Shown here: one piece after another, positions 13,449 to 25,484 of the stretch | Position numbering within the stretch: position 1 is the stretch's first letter | How the letters are laid out: every line of letters begins with the position of its first letter | Assembly (NCBI GenBank): GCA_013115125.1 | Contig: JABANN010000272.1 | Coordinates: 1 to 44,496 of the forward strand | Reading direction: 5' to 3' | Length of the DNA: 44,496 bases | DNA from: Perkinsus olseni | Lineage: Eukaryota | The notes under the pieces: model-generated | The model's input: the letters and a program-made list of their open reading frames with translations, nothing else | Database searches by the model: none | Told to the model about the DNA's origin: nothing | Translations under genes and position numbers: made by a program

Positions 13449-13609
13449 ATGGATCACCACAATCATTACCATCGAGGTATTGAGGAGAAGAGAGTCGTAG
13501 CGTGCTTGGCGCCTCTCATTGCTCGTAGTCCAGCTCGGCGTTGGTCGAATTAATTGTGGGACCTTGATTTAATGCTCGTGCTCCATGCTCGTAGTCGAGT
13601 TGTTTTGAA

Positions 13610-16600
13610 ATGCTGCTTCGAAGTTCATCTGAATCGTCGGTCGATCCTCATCCGTCCAATCCCGCGGCTGAAGGTTTCATCAAAGTGGATACTGAGGAGG
13701 GAGGGGAGACTGAGGAGTCGCCGGCGGAGGGAATGCAGCAAAGAGGTAGTGATGGTGAGAGGTGATGTAGTAATATCGGGAACCTGCTTTGGAAGTAGCT
13801 CAGTTCGAAATAGTGAAGCCGTGCATCGACTCAGTAGGATGAAATTTTGTTCGATTTATTTGGACTATTGAATTGTCTTCGGATCTGAGTTGAATGAATC
13901 TGCGTAGTTATGCGTCGTTTGGAGATCACGAGGATCCCTGTTGCATCAGCCATGGGCTAGAGTGTACCAGAGGACCAGGATAAATAATATTTATTAATTT
14001 TAATTTAATATTTATTAAATATCACAAGAATTCATTCTAGTAAACATTAGGATCATTCGTTTCCACTGTACGAGATCTTGTGAGAGAGTCTAATGTGAGC
14101 TGATGTGTTCAAAACGCCTCTCGCTATGAAATAGTTTGATAACGAAAGAATTTTGATTCAAATTTCCCTGTCCGATCCCGCTGTTACGCTGACAAAGGTT
14201 TCTTCGAGGGAATTGGAGTCGTCATGAGTTTGGTAAAGTCAGAACAGGGCCTGTACTGCAGGCGGTATAATTAGAAATTTTAACTTAAAATTCCTCTGTC
14301 GAACCAGCTCGATGTCTACATCGTCTGAAATAAGAACGAAATTGGAGAAGTCGCTCCCTAGCCTCATCGTTACGTGATTATTATCCAGAATCTCGACTGA
14401 TGTTGGCAGGACCTTATGGCTCTCCGTCGGGGTTGAGGAGAAACATAGGATGGTTCGGTTGTCTTAGGGCAAGTGGCAGCCGAGGCAGTGGCTGCTATCT
14501 CTGGGTTGGCAGCGGACTTCGGCGATGGTCCAATGACATTGAAGATTCTATTATCGTCTGGAGCTGGAAGCGCATTCTTGGCAGCATTGGTGAACCTATT
14601 GCATGTAATAAAGAAGAAGGAGAATACGATAGTCTGCGTCGGCCGAGCTGAGTCGGTCTTGAGCTTAGTACGTTCTGCGCAAACTCATACACGATCGTCG
14701 TTGCCAGGTGCTCTATTACCATCCCTTGGCCCTACTCAGTGTCGCGGAGAGTCTTTTCCTCGTGTCGTTTGCTGTTATGATGCTAGCAGTGGATCTCCCG
14801 ACGCACAACCGAGTGGCTATGGAGTTGAGGGTAGTAGGGAGGGAGGACTTGTCACTGATTCGGCCACTCAGATACATTTTGAGCAGTTTGATATCGCATT
14901 GGTTTTTGCTGTTGAACTTTTAGTTTGGAAATTCAAAGTTTGAATTCTTGACGCCAAGTACGCCTTTAGAGCGCAATCTGTCAGTGACACTGACTCAGTG
15001 TAATTCCGGGTAGTTTATGCTCAATGAAAGAGACATCTGTCTCTGATCAACTAATCCCATGGGTGATACTAATCCCATAGTTCAACTTAACTGGCTGTCA
15101 CGATCAACTTGTGAGCCACTGGCTGGTGACAGACAGCCCCCCTCCGCTCACAGATGGCACCAAATGGAGGTCCTCAGTATCTCCTAACAGAAACTCGGTG
15201 CGTTTTTGCTACATGCCTTCGGGACAGCCGAGACTCCAGACGTCTATGGGATCTATGGACTCGCCGCCCTGTGGTCGAATGGTTGAGCCTCTCACGATTG
15301 CGTGGCGAGGCCTTGACTGAAGCCAATAATATGCTCACAATCAGTGACCGCGCAAGGTGAGGATCATCGCCAACACATCCTGAACGGAGAATTCTCATCG
15401 AAAACGACCGCGGAGTACCGTGCGTTGGCGGGGATGGCCCCGTATGATGAGCTAATTCTGTGGTCACTAGGTCTTGTCTACTCACACTGGAGTGAATGAA
15501 GATTTTGATGGGTTTCTTTCGCATGGAGGACTTCTTTATTCGTTAAAGAGGCTAAAAGTTTATCGTGATGACGTTTATCGCGCCGCAGCCTTCGCTGCCA
15601 CACTCGTAGGGGGCAAGACCTTCATGTGCTTCTTCGGGCTCGGATTCGACCGAGAACACAGGAAAGCCATGGACACTTCCTACTTCCGCGCTCCGTAGTC
15701 GTTCCGAGCGATGCGATATATGATATTGAATGCATCTCTGGAAGGCTATTCGAGTCGGAGCAGCGCTGGAGAACTCGCTTGACTGGCATAGTACATCAAG
15801 GCAGCCTACAAGACGATCGCGGCCAAGTCCGGTGAGCGGATGCACTTGGTTGCAAGCTCGCAAGTTCGTCGACAAGGTGGTAGCCCGTCCACTTGCAAGG
15901 CCCCGACCAGAACTCAGCCATATACAAGAACTCTGCGTTCAACGAACCATGCGGCGGCGAGACCGCGTCAAACTCCGAGGAGACGTCGAAGAAAGAGGCT
16001 ACAAGGTGTGACTCATACTGCCTAGAAAGTCCTATCCTTTTCTCCGTACCTCTCGTGTGATTGCCGACCACTCATTGGTGTGGATCGTCTTGGGCACGAC
16101 ACTGCTGTTGTGTTTCAACTAATTCATGCCTGTCTTTGTAGGCATGCAACCGAAATTCGCCGCCACGGTGGCGGCGCCACCAACGACTAGTACCAGTCAA
16201 AACCGTGCAAAGTATCGGAGCATATACGCTGCTCCAACGACTGAGATTTCTCCTGTCATTCCAATGATTGCTGCGAGGGAATATATGTTCAGACTTATCT
16301 GCCATCATCGGTGACACCCTTCGCATCGAGCGTCACAGACGTTTCAGCCTCTAAGGTTCCTCCAAGTTGTTATACAGCCTTGTTTCTTGTCTTGTTGTAA
16401 TCGAAATTCTAATTTAATGGAGAAATCTTAATTTAACAAGTTGCATGCAACATAATTGCATGTTCGCTCTGTTTGATATATTCAAGCCCGTGTCTGAGCT
16501 GATCGCTTGCTCTTCAGGGCTTCGCAGAAGGCTTTCTGAAGATACTCACTCGGATCACTGGGAAGGGGGCGTGGTATGGGTACTTGGGTTCAGCGGTGTT

Positions 16601-19332
16601 CTCGAGTATGCGATCCAATAATTGCTGGTAATAAGCGAAAGGTCCCAGGTTCAATTCTCGGCGAGATCATCCTGAAATAGTATTTTTACTCACGGCGACT
16701 ATGTCGTAGCGGATTGTAGACCGTTGGCGTTCTGCCGCAGAACTTCTGCGCATGCGGATAGAGTCGACTCCGTCCGAGCGAGCTCGTCGATGTCCCCGGT
16801 TCGATCCCTGGTTAGTGCATTTTCTCTCAGGGCCGCTGGTGCGTGGTTATTGGGTGGCTACACCTTCCTGGTTGGAGTCATCGCTGGATCACTTGGCTTC
16901 TCCAAATCGCGGAAACTGAACCGAGTAATAAATCGTTAAATTTCCGTGACGAATTCATGCCTTTTGCAGATAAGAAGGGAAGTTGGTCTTCAATTTGATA
17001 ACGATGCCGAGAGAGTTTACGAGTCCTTTGCAGTCGATGATCCCTCCAGAGGAATGACTCGGGAGGAGTTTGCTGCTATGACATGTAATAACTAATTTCG
17101 TGGCGCGTGACGCATATTTTTGATGAGTATCGCTCTAATTTCGTGGCGCGTGAGACTGGAGGTGCCTAACTTGAATGTTAGGAGCACTTTCAGGACTGAA
17201 TCTGTCGTGTAAAAGACGTTCCTGGGAGCGCTTTCGAAACTCGGGAGAGGGCCACTGAGCACTCGGACAGATTCCTGATGGCCTGCAAAGTCATTCGGAA
17301 TATACAGCACAAGTTAAAGTCGTTGATGAAAGTGAAAACTCAAGCAAATATATAAGTTTAATTTCCTGTTACTAGCGAGAATTTTGATCGTACTATACTC
17401 TACCAGATTCTGAATACATCCTCATGAAACCGTGATGGTCTCATGCCTAGGCACTGGAGAAGTTTTTCACTTGCCAAAGGTGAATTTTGCGATGTGAAAT
17501 GTCTTTTTCATTATTGTTGTTCGTATCCTCCACTGTATTTTCGCGGCGCGTGACAATGGTCTTTTTTTCTTTCAGCCCAGCTGACTGGTATAACCCTTCG
17601 TGATGACGAAGTGAGGTATATCTACTCCGCCATTTGTATCGGGGCGGGGTACAGGAATTCCAAAGGGGAACTCACGGCTTCTGAACTGCGGAGATGGATG
17701 AACTCGACCTTCACCTTGCTCTGATCTCTGGTACTATCACGGAGGGTGATTGACGCAACGTCTTCGTTGCGGTGCGCTGAACTCCGTTTTTGGAGTTCAT
17801 AAAAGACCCACTCTACGTGCACTAACGAAGAAGTCTCGAAATTGTCGAGGATATTTGTCTCCAAATTATTTGAAAATTCTCAGTTTCTGAAAAGTCGTCG
17901 GGAATCTCTGAAGGACGATTGGAGACTTGTTGGCGAGTCGTTTATTTAGCTCCCTTACAGTTGGCCTGTTAGAGTTAGTTTTACTGCGCCCCAGTGTATT
18001 GCCACATTTCCCGACTACGTGCGTGGGTTGTGCGAATAGTGCGGACCGTTGCAAATGTAGAATCAGGGAATTCCGATTGGGTTGGCGAGCACTCGATGCC
18101 GAATCCCAGTGCTCATTCGTATCGTTATTTTGTTTTTGAGTTCTTAGCGTTGTGCAGATTCAGGGGGGATGGATTTTGGTTTTCTGATCGATCAGGACTC
18201 GAAGATTCCTCTGAAGCAGAGGAGTGCCGACATTTTTACCAGCTGATTGTTTATGTGTTACAATATTGCTTCCAAGTCATATCTTGAGGTTGCGCGAGGA
18301 AGATACAAAACGGGTCGGATGTAGTGTTTTTTTTATGAGTGCTGTGGCGGATGGCGTTGACGTGCCGTCCGAGAACATTTTTTGGAGGCTGGCGAAGTTC
18401 CTGTGGCTCGAGACTGAAAGTGTTGATAAAGTGCGCAAGGTAGTGATGATCGGGCGACCGGGTATCCATACCACTCCTTCCGTGGATCGTGCCAGGCGAT
18501 AGATGCTCAGCTGGCAGCGGACGCGGGGAAGCTTCTGAGTGAAGGCCAATTGGAGCGAATCGCGATCCACGAAGAGTAGTGGGGTGGGATGAGCGGCTGA
18601 GAACCTAGCGGCGGTAGCATTTCCCGCGGAGGTTCGATCCCGGCGAGGAGGTTTTATGCTTATGCCAGTGAGACCCTCGCCAAGGGCATCGGCGTCTGCG
18701 GAGCGGTAGTGGCGATACGACTTTGTGAATGGGGTGGCGTGTGGGCTGATGGAACACGGAGATGTAATATGGAATGGAGGGTGATCTGTAAGATTGGATA
18801 ACTTAACAAGAGTCGTTTACAGTGGATCCTGATGAGTTACAACAGTAATACTTTGGTTAGCTCTTTGCTGTTGTCATATCATACAGGTGGCCGAGGGTGG
18901 GGCTGAGCAGGGAAATATTATCGTTACACGCTCCGAGTATTCTCTTGCTTGGGATAACGTTTAAATTGAGAATGTACGGCTAAAAATCCGGTGCAATATT
19001 TCCCACTCCGGGCCACCTGTGAACAGCAACATAGTAGAGAGACGCAGTCAGTTTTGTACAGCTTCTTATAGCCAGGCTATGCTGTCCCCGGCCCGCCAAC
19101 GGTCGCTCGTGAGTCGTTGAGAGTGATATCAATGCAGGGTGAAGATGCGAAAGGGAACGCTCTCACGAAGAGGAGGCTAGTGTTAAAAATGATAACTACG
19201 GGTCTTTCACAGTGGTTTTCGGATCATGAGGCAATCACAACTTATGCAGCAAGACAGGAAGTTGTGTACAACACTTCCTCCCAGCTAGGCTATCCATTTA
19301 CGCATTCGGCGCAGTTCGAAGCGATCCGATAA
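13610..19332 (+). CDS. COPI-associated (Tvp15-like) membrane protein with EF-hand-like C-terminal region, multi-exon
   Basis: Spliced GPMTLKILLSSGAG...LFLVSFAVMMLAVDLP..MELR|GFAEGFLKILTRITGKGAWY (intron 14831-16517, in phase), then LLGGYTFLVGVIAGSLGFSKSRKLNR and VYESFAVDDPSRGMTREEFAAMT. Family call is by motif recall. Start exon and exons beyond 17615 are uncertain. Confidence 0.65.
15100..16320 (+). pseudogene. Decayed coding remnant in intron, possibly a tyrosine-recombinase (DIRS-like) retroelement fragment
   Basis: Broken + strand frames with FMCFFGL and HLWKAIRVGAA...LDWHS, loosely resembling the YR motifs FFGLLR and HSLRxGAA...GRWxS. It explains an unusually long 1.7 kb intron. Weak match. 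Confidence 0.3.
16598..16669 (+). pseudogene. Degenerate tRNA (Val-like 3' half)
   Basis: 72 nt. GTTCTCG/CGAGATC pairs 6 of 7 as an acceptor stem. 3' half GCGAAAGGTCCCAGGTTCAATTCTCGGCGAGATCA is tRNA-like; the D arm is not recognisable. Confidence 0.55.
18884..19019. mobile_element. MITE, 136 bp
   Basis: Termini CAGGTGGCC/GGCCACCTG plus inner inverted GTGGG and GGGAAATATT/AATATTTCCC. Flanks are TA and TG, so there is no clean TSD. Confidence 0.7.
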
Positions 19333-19620
19333 TAAGCAATCTAGCTAGGAGAATCATGGGACGAGACAGTTGATTGAGAGCATCATTTTCTCATAGAAGG
19401 TCGTGTCAGATTATCGCGCCCTGCCGGCGTTCACAGCCTTCTTCGGGGCGTATCATTTGGTCCGGGCGGTCCAGGGGAGTTCGATGCTCTATGGCGTCAT
19501 GACGGAGCCGGATAATATGTAATTGGGGATTTTTAGGAGGGCTCACGATCGTCTAAAGGTCCACTTGCACGTTAGGTCTTATCACTGATAGTGGCTCAGG
19601 ATCGTTGGATGGAAGTTGTT

Positions 19621-19905
19621 ACTTTTCCAACCGAATTTTTTATGAAAATTCTGGAGAAATTTCAAGTCGTCTCGTTAAATTTTTTAATTTCCCCGCCGAA
19701 TATTGTGTGAAATTTTTCGAGAAATTTGAAGTAGTTTCGTTGAATTTGTTACTTTCTCCGCCGAATTTTCTGTTGAAATTACTCGTAAATTTTCAGCAGT
19801 TTTGTTGAATTTGCTACTTTCCCAACCGAATTTTTTGAAACTTTTCGAGAAATTTCGAGTAGCTTCGTTGAATTCGATACTTTCCCGGCCGAAATTTTCT
19901 GTTCC
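19621..19905. repeat. ~64-bp imperfect minisatellite, ~4.4 copies
   Basis: Unit ACTTTCCC(A/G)CCGAATTTT...GAGAAATTT...TCGTTGAATT begins near 19621, 19687, 19751, 19816 and 19879. Confidence 0.85.
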
Positions 19906-20540
19906 TTAAAAGCAGCGAGAATTTGGTAGGTTTGCGAGTCGGTTGCGACGGGTTTATCGGAAGTACGCTCCGGAGGGATCTGATACTTGGACGCTGCTTG
20001 AATCGATGACAGCGGCTAAGGAGGGGATTGGTGGCGAGGGAGCATGTTTCTGATTCAGAGGAGCTTTGTTTGAGTGCTTCATCAGTGGGGAGGGAGGTTG
20101 ACCTGCTTTGCATCTTTCATGCTTGAAGCTGAGATACTTCCTTATTATTTCAACTATCATTTGTGCTCCAACCAGCTCGTTTGGATACCACCTATGTGAG
20201 CAGTATACTTGTTCATGACATAGCGATCGTTAAGCGATAGGCTAGGTGACATAGCGATAGGCTGCATTAATACCGTCATCACCAATACCGCATTTTCCTT
20301 CGGGATTTTTCCGTAAAATTAGCAGGAGAAGAGCCCTGTGTTTTCTTCCTCATTCAAGAGTTTTTGGAGCGCGGAACCGATTCAGCTACGGCTGAGCAGC
20401 TTATGATTATTTTCAGTGTACATTACTTTTCTTATTGCAGCCCACCGCGGCGGTAGGGCCGACCCATTCTGTTGCATCGTCGTCGTCGAGGACTCGATCA
20501 AGGCACGATGTTGAACTACTTTAAGGGAGTCTCTAGCTTC

Positions 20541-23500
20541 ATGCTGCTACCACTCCTACTGCAACTCATCTTCGGACATGCTGCAAGTAATATTGGTTGT
20601 GCGGGGGTATCCTTCACCATTCCAGATCGAACCCTGGTTGTGGTGCTTTTCCGTCACTTTATTCGAAAGGGCGACGGGCCTTAGGAGCTCTCACGGTCTG
20701 TCGTAGCCGAATTACTGTCACATTGAGGGTGCTTAAAAGCTCCGTGAAAAATCTCATTATTCGTTAACGCGGAATGTTTTGAGAATTTGAGGCAATGCGA
20801 CGAATATCAAAGGGAACACTTATGCTGAAAATGACGGCTTCAAAATTTCAGTACGCCGGAGAGTCGCGTTGGTCTGAAGTCTTAGAGAGCAGTTTGTTCA
20901 GGTGCTCCAACGTCTTCGGCACCGAGCACGCCGATTGAGGCGTGGTACGCCGGTAGTGTGCTCCGAATTATGAGTAACATCATCAATCCTGGAGAGGATA
21001 ATTTTCTGTGAGACTGTGATAGGTATCTGGTTCAATCCCTGCGGCTAGCTTTTGATAAAATATTTCGGAAGAGCTGAAGTCGAGTGAATTCTTTTGAGTT
21101 CGACGGGCGGTATAGATCGTAACGTGAGATAGAGCTCGCTGTATACGGAATCCTCATTGAGGATAGTCTCAAGGCATAGTGGCCCTCATTCCTGTATGTG
21201 GCATAGATTTTCTCAGTTGCGGATGATATTATCGCCTACTGCGTTCGGTATTGAAAGCTTGACCAAATGTATCAGTCGGGTATTTTTCCGAGTCAAGGTT
21301 ATAATAAGCGGTGAATGAATCGATCTTCGCTCCGCCTGAAGATGCGCAGAATTTGTATTTCCGAAAGGAGTGGTATTGAAGTATTTGATTTTTGGGCAGT
21401 TACGTTGATGTTCATGGAACGAGTAACCGCTCGTATGTGGGGTTGTATTTGGACTATACTCCAAAGGCCTCGGAACCAGAGGGACGGATAGTCTATAACT
21501 GCGGAGCGGAGTCGGGCGGACGCGAAGGGCTTGTCGAGTAGTATATGGACGGATGGTATAGTGGTATAATTGTCGTTTTGTATCCCGAAGGTCGTCGGTT
21601 CTATTCCGGGATGGTCTCTTTCAGGTACCGCGATGGGTTGATACAGTTCGTGCAGCCTAACGATTGTCACTTTAACGCCACCAGCATGATCCGGAGTATT
21701 CTCGATGAGGATGATGATGCGCCGGGAGATCTGCAGGTGAAAATACGTCGGAAATTATCATGATCTGGTGGGATAATGTGAAAATAATAATTTTCTCGGC
21801 CAAAATTGGAGAGCGTGTAGCTCTCATTAACGGCCAGTTACTCCCTTGTCACGAAGTTAGACCAATAGGTTTTAGTCTTCTGAGGGAGGTGTGGTTGAGG
21901 TAGATCTCGGCTGGCAGTACTCGAGTTCTCGATAGATCCACCGCAGGCTGACTCCGCTATGTGACTTTCAATTCTCTCGCTTGTCCGGCAGGGGTTCTGT
22001 TCATTTGTTATTGTCGTCAGCTGGTGACGAGAAAGGTTGGTGGTCGGGAAGTGGTGGCGTTCATACCAACTTTCGGTCGCTACGGCGACGCCGACCTGCA
22101 GATGTTCGCAAAAAGGAGCGGAGCAGGAGTGTCTCCATGGACGAGAGATTCCATTTGGTGGGTTGGTCCTTGATACCACTCCATCCCCGAATCGCGGTCA
22201 TGTAGGTACTCCTCTCCACAGCATTCGACTATCCACGGGATCTACTGCTCGAACACAGCCGAGTCCAATATCATCATTGACTTGCCATTCGGTAATCTTG
22301 AAATCTTGCAATCTTGCATTTCCTACATTTCTCTTTCAGAGTACTACCGTAGCTATGACCCAATGGCAATCACTGGCCCGGCAGTGCACCCAGTGGAATT
22401 GAATATGTCCGCTCGAGGAGGGTTGGTGGTCGAGTTGAACTCGGAGGTTATGAGCAGCCTCGAGGCGGTGAAGAGGGTTGAGCTCCCATCCAGGCTAAAG
22501 TGGGTGATGTGAAGGGTGTGGGATTTGAACGCAGGGTCTTTTGGTTGTTAGTGGTTCGTCCATCGACGCGGACAGTGGGACGTATGATGACTACTCGGTT
22601 CCGAGGACTATAGTGGACTTCAGCGACTTGCCGCAGGTTGGGGATGTCAGCGGAGAATATGGCAGGTTTGATTCTTTCCGATGTGAGTGGGGCGTATCTT
22701 AGGTCGATGTGTGGAAGATATGTGATGGGTCAAGTTTGAGACATGTCAGGTACTTACGAAAGTGCATGGTCGTCACTGATAGATTGCAGTTATAGCTTCA
22801 CAAGTACGCAAATCTGCTGCTTCCCGGGCGAGTGCATGAGTATCTTTTCAGCCGACCCGCAAGCGTTCAGCAGGATGACGCAGTTCTCGAGGACCACATG
22901 TGAAGATATGGTTGGAAACAATGTGTGGTCGCATGGTGACCAGAGCTTGGATCCTAGCATGGGGTACCCGAAGATCTTAAAGGCTGGTGAGTTCAGTTGG
23001 TTAAGCTCGCATTGTTTCACCTCGAGGTATGTGGTACGAATCTCCGAAGCGGCGTTTTTCAGATCCGGCTTACTACTATGACTTTTGCGTCAAGGAGTTC
23101 GACGAGGGAAAATTGCAGTGGCAATTAACCATGAGACCATTGGAGTGCAGAAATTCCGAGTGAGCACCGCCGCCGCCGCGACCGTTCAGAAAAAATGTGC
23201 TTATCAGTTTCAACGGCCAATCGTCTAACTCCTACGTGGTGCTCCGAGGTGTACCGCATGTGGCTTGGTACCTTTACGGCACCTACGACACGCTCGAGGA
23301 CTGTCAAACTGATACCAACTTTGACGGAAATCTTTACTTTCAAGTTCAATCCGATTGCAATTCGAGGTCTGGAAGTAAGACAGCGGCAGCAGGATTCGTT
23401 TTTCTATTTGTTATCTGGAAGTGAATCGACTCTCGAACACTTGAATGGGTTTAGGTGTTGCTGTTTCCTAGTGTACTGTCGGTTAAGAGAGTCATAGTTC

Positions 23501-24801
23501 ACAGCGCCAGCTCTCACGTGATGATTCGCGTAACCGGAATGTACACGTGAATCCTGTTTACATTGCTCGTGCGCCAATGGCCTGGTGCGGGCGGATGCAG
23601 AGTGATCAGCCGAGATCAATGCGTGGGCGTTGAGGTGTTTGGTGATGGACTAACTGACTGTCTTCGTCGTCGTCTTTTTAGGCTGGGCATGCATGACCCG
23701 GGGAAAGTGCAAGGTCGAAGTTAAGGCCAATGGTTCGTCGGGATATTACTGGATCGCGTATCTTGTGATCACTCTGGTCAGTTGCAGAAGAGGTTGCTTC
23801 GTTTCATTCTCGGTACCACTTTGCAGGTTGCTCTCACGGTTGCCATTTTCTTGGGCACGCGTGCGTATCTTGTGCGTCGGGGTTCGACTGCAGCAGGAGC
23901 TGCAGCGAAGGCCGAACCCATGGGCGTTGACGATAAGCTTGCGCATGCGTGCGGATGAATCCATACGAAACGAATGCTGCAGGAGTGCTCATGCTTCCAT
24001 CGGGCTCCCAAGACCTCGAGATGCCCACTGCCGACCACGAAGATGCGCCTTCGCCTCGCACTGCGAAGGTTCGGGCGCGCGCCGCTAGAACTGAGCTCCC
24101 GAGGTGAGTCCCGTTCCTGCACGTTTGCGCGGGTGGGGTGGCGGAGAGTATCTTATTTATTATAAATGCTGATTGCTTTTTCCATTTATCCAACATTAAG
24201 ATACGATCTAAATTCAGAGTCAATTATCAGACCACATACTATGGCCTCAGATCTGAATGAAGTCTGAAGTATATAATAAAATACTCCGCCTTAAGTCTAA
24301 CTAGGCTGGTACCGGCGTATTACTATAAGCTCACGCATACTTATCAATACAGTCCCTCGAGAAAAGTTGTCCTGTTGTGTCTCGAGCTGCGTATTATTAA
24401 ATTGTTATATTTCAACTGGATATTTCTTAGAATGTTATACCCGTCATATCTCGGAACTTAAACTGTTATTATTGAAACTAAATGCTATCATGCATAGAGC
24501 AAATCAACACCATATTTAGATTATCTTAAGATCTTGTCTGAGAAGTGACTTCAGTGAGCTGTCTTCCATCAGGATACCGACAGGAGAGTCCCACTTCGGC
24601 ATGCCGATGGACAAAGTCGTCAAAGTCCTTGCTGCGGCAAAGGCTCAGATGCACCCCGAGGCATCAAACTCCTCAACCAGCGCTCACACCAGTGATGATG
24701 GCACCGTTGACGTTGAAAATTCGAGAAACGGTACGGCGGAGCGAAGCGACTCAGGAATTGCTATTCAGAGTTTTGTTGGCAGATTCGGACTCGGTTGGTG
24801 A
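20541..24801 (+). CDS. Uncharacterised type-I membrane protein, paralogue A (multi-exon)
   Basis: Signal-like MLLPLLLQLIFGHAA, Cys-containing ectodomain, spliced TM YWIAYLVITLVALTVAIFLG, cytoplasmic MPMDKVVKVLAAAKAQMH. Exon-by-exon similarity to paralogue B. Confidence 0.72.
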
Positions 24802-25484
24802 TGATTATCAGCGATATATACCGAGATGGCGTTTCTCCAAGAGCGATAGTGGGCAGAGCACTCGTATGCACTTCACAGGTGAGGTCCCCGGTTCGAATCC
24901 CAGCGGCGGCATCACCGAATTCGTCTGGCAGACCCTGCTCACCTGCCCAGAGGAGCTCTCGATACGTCCAACCGAGTGGTGGTGAAGAGATCCCCCAAGA
25001 TTTAACGTCGTAGTTTTTAGTGATCGGAAAGCTTCGAAACGTGCGAAAGTTGGCAGCCCTGCTTCAACAGCAACATAGTGGGTCCACTTGGAATAGCACA
25101 CTCGAGTGATAGCACATCGTGCGTTGAGAAAATGCAAGTGTAGCAAGATTATTATTCTATAGTCAGTTCCTCTAGTATCTAGTATGTATGTACTTTCCTG
25201 CCTATCAAGGCTATTCTAGAAAATATCTTTGTTAAGATCCGAACTACTGTCGTTAGTGCCCGCTCTACCGAGTGAAATATCGCTGTGCGATCTTCCTGCT
25301 GTTGTTGCGTTGAGAAAATGTAAGATTGGTTGAGGGGAGCAAGAGTAGAGGGTTGTGCTTCTGGGTGAGAACATTCGTCAGATCATTCGAGGCTGGAGAC
25401 ATTCTGTGACGTGGGATGGTATAAAAATTATATTAATCAACTGTTCGGGTTCGTATAAAAACACTATTGTGAGATACAACAGTG

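Noticed and set aside
15096-16316. Solo LTR bounded by TGTCAC...GTGACA
   Set aside because: No target-site duplication and no second LTR.
17620-18570. LINE endonuclease remnant (SPDHHYL)
   Set aside because: Only one short motif, with no other APE or RT motifs.
24545-25146. ORFs containing GEVPGSNPSGG and PLGFEPGTS
   Set aside because: These peptides are read-throughs of a tRNA-like relic, not evidence of coding.
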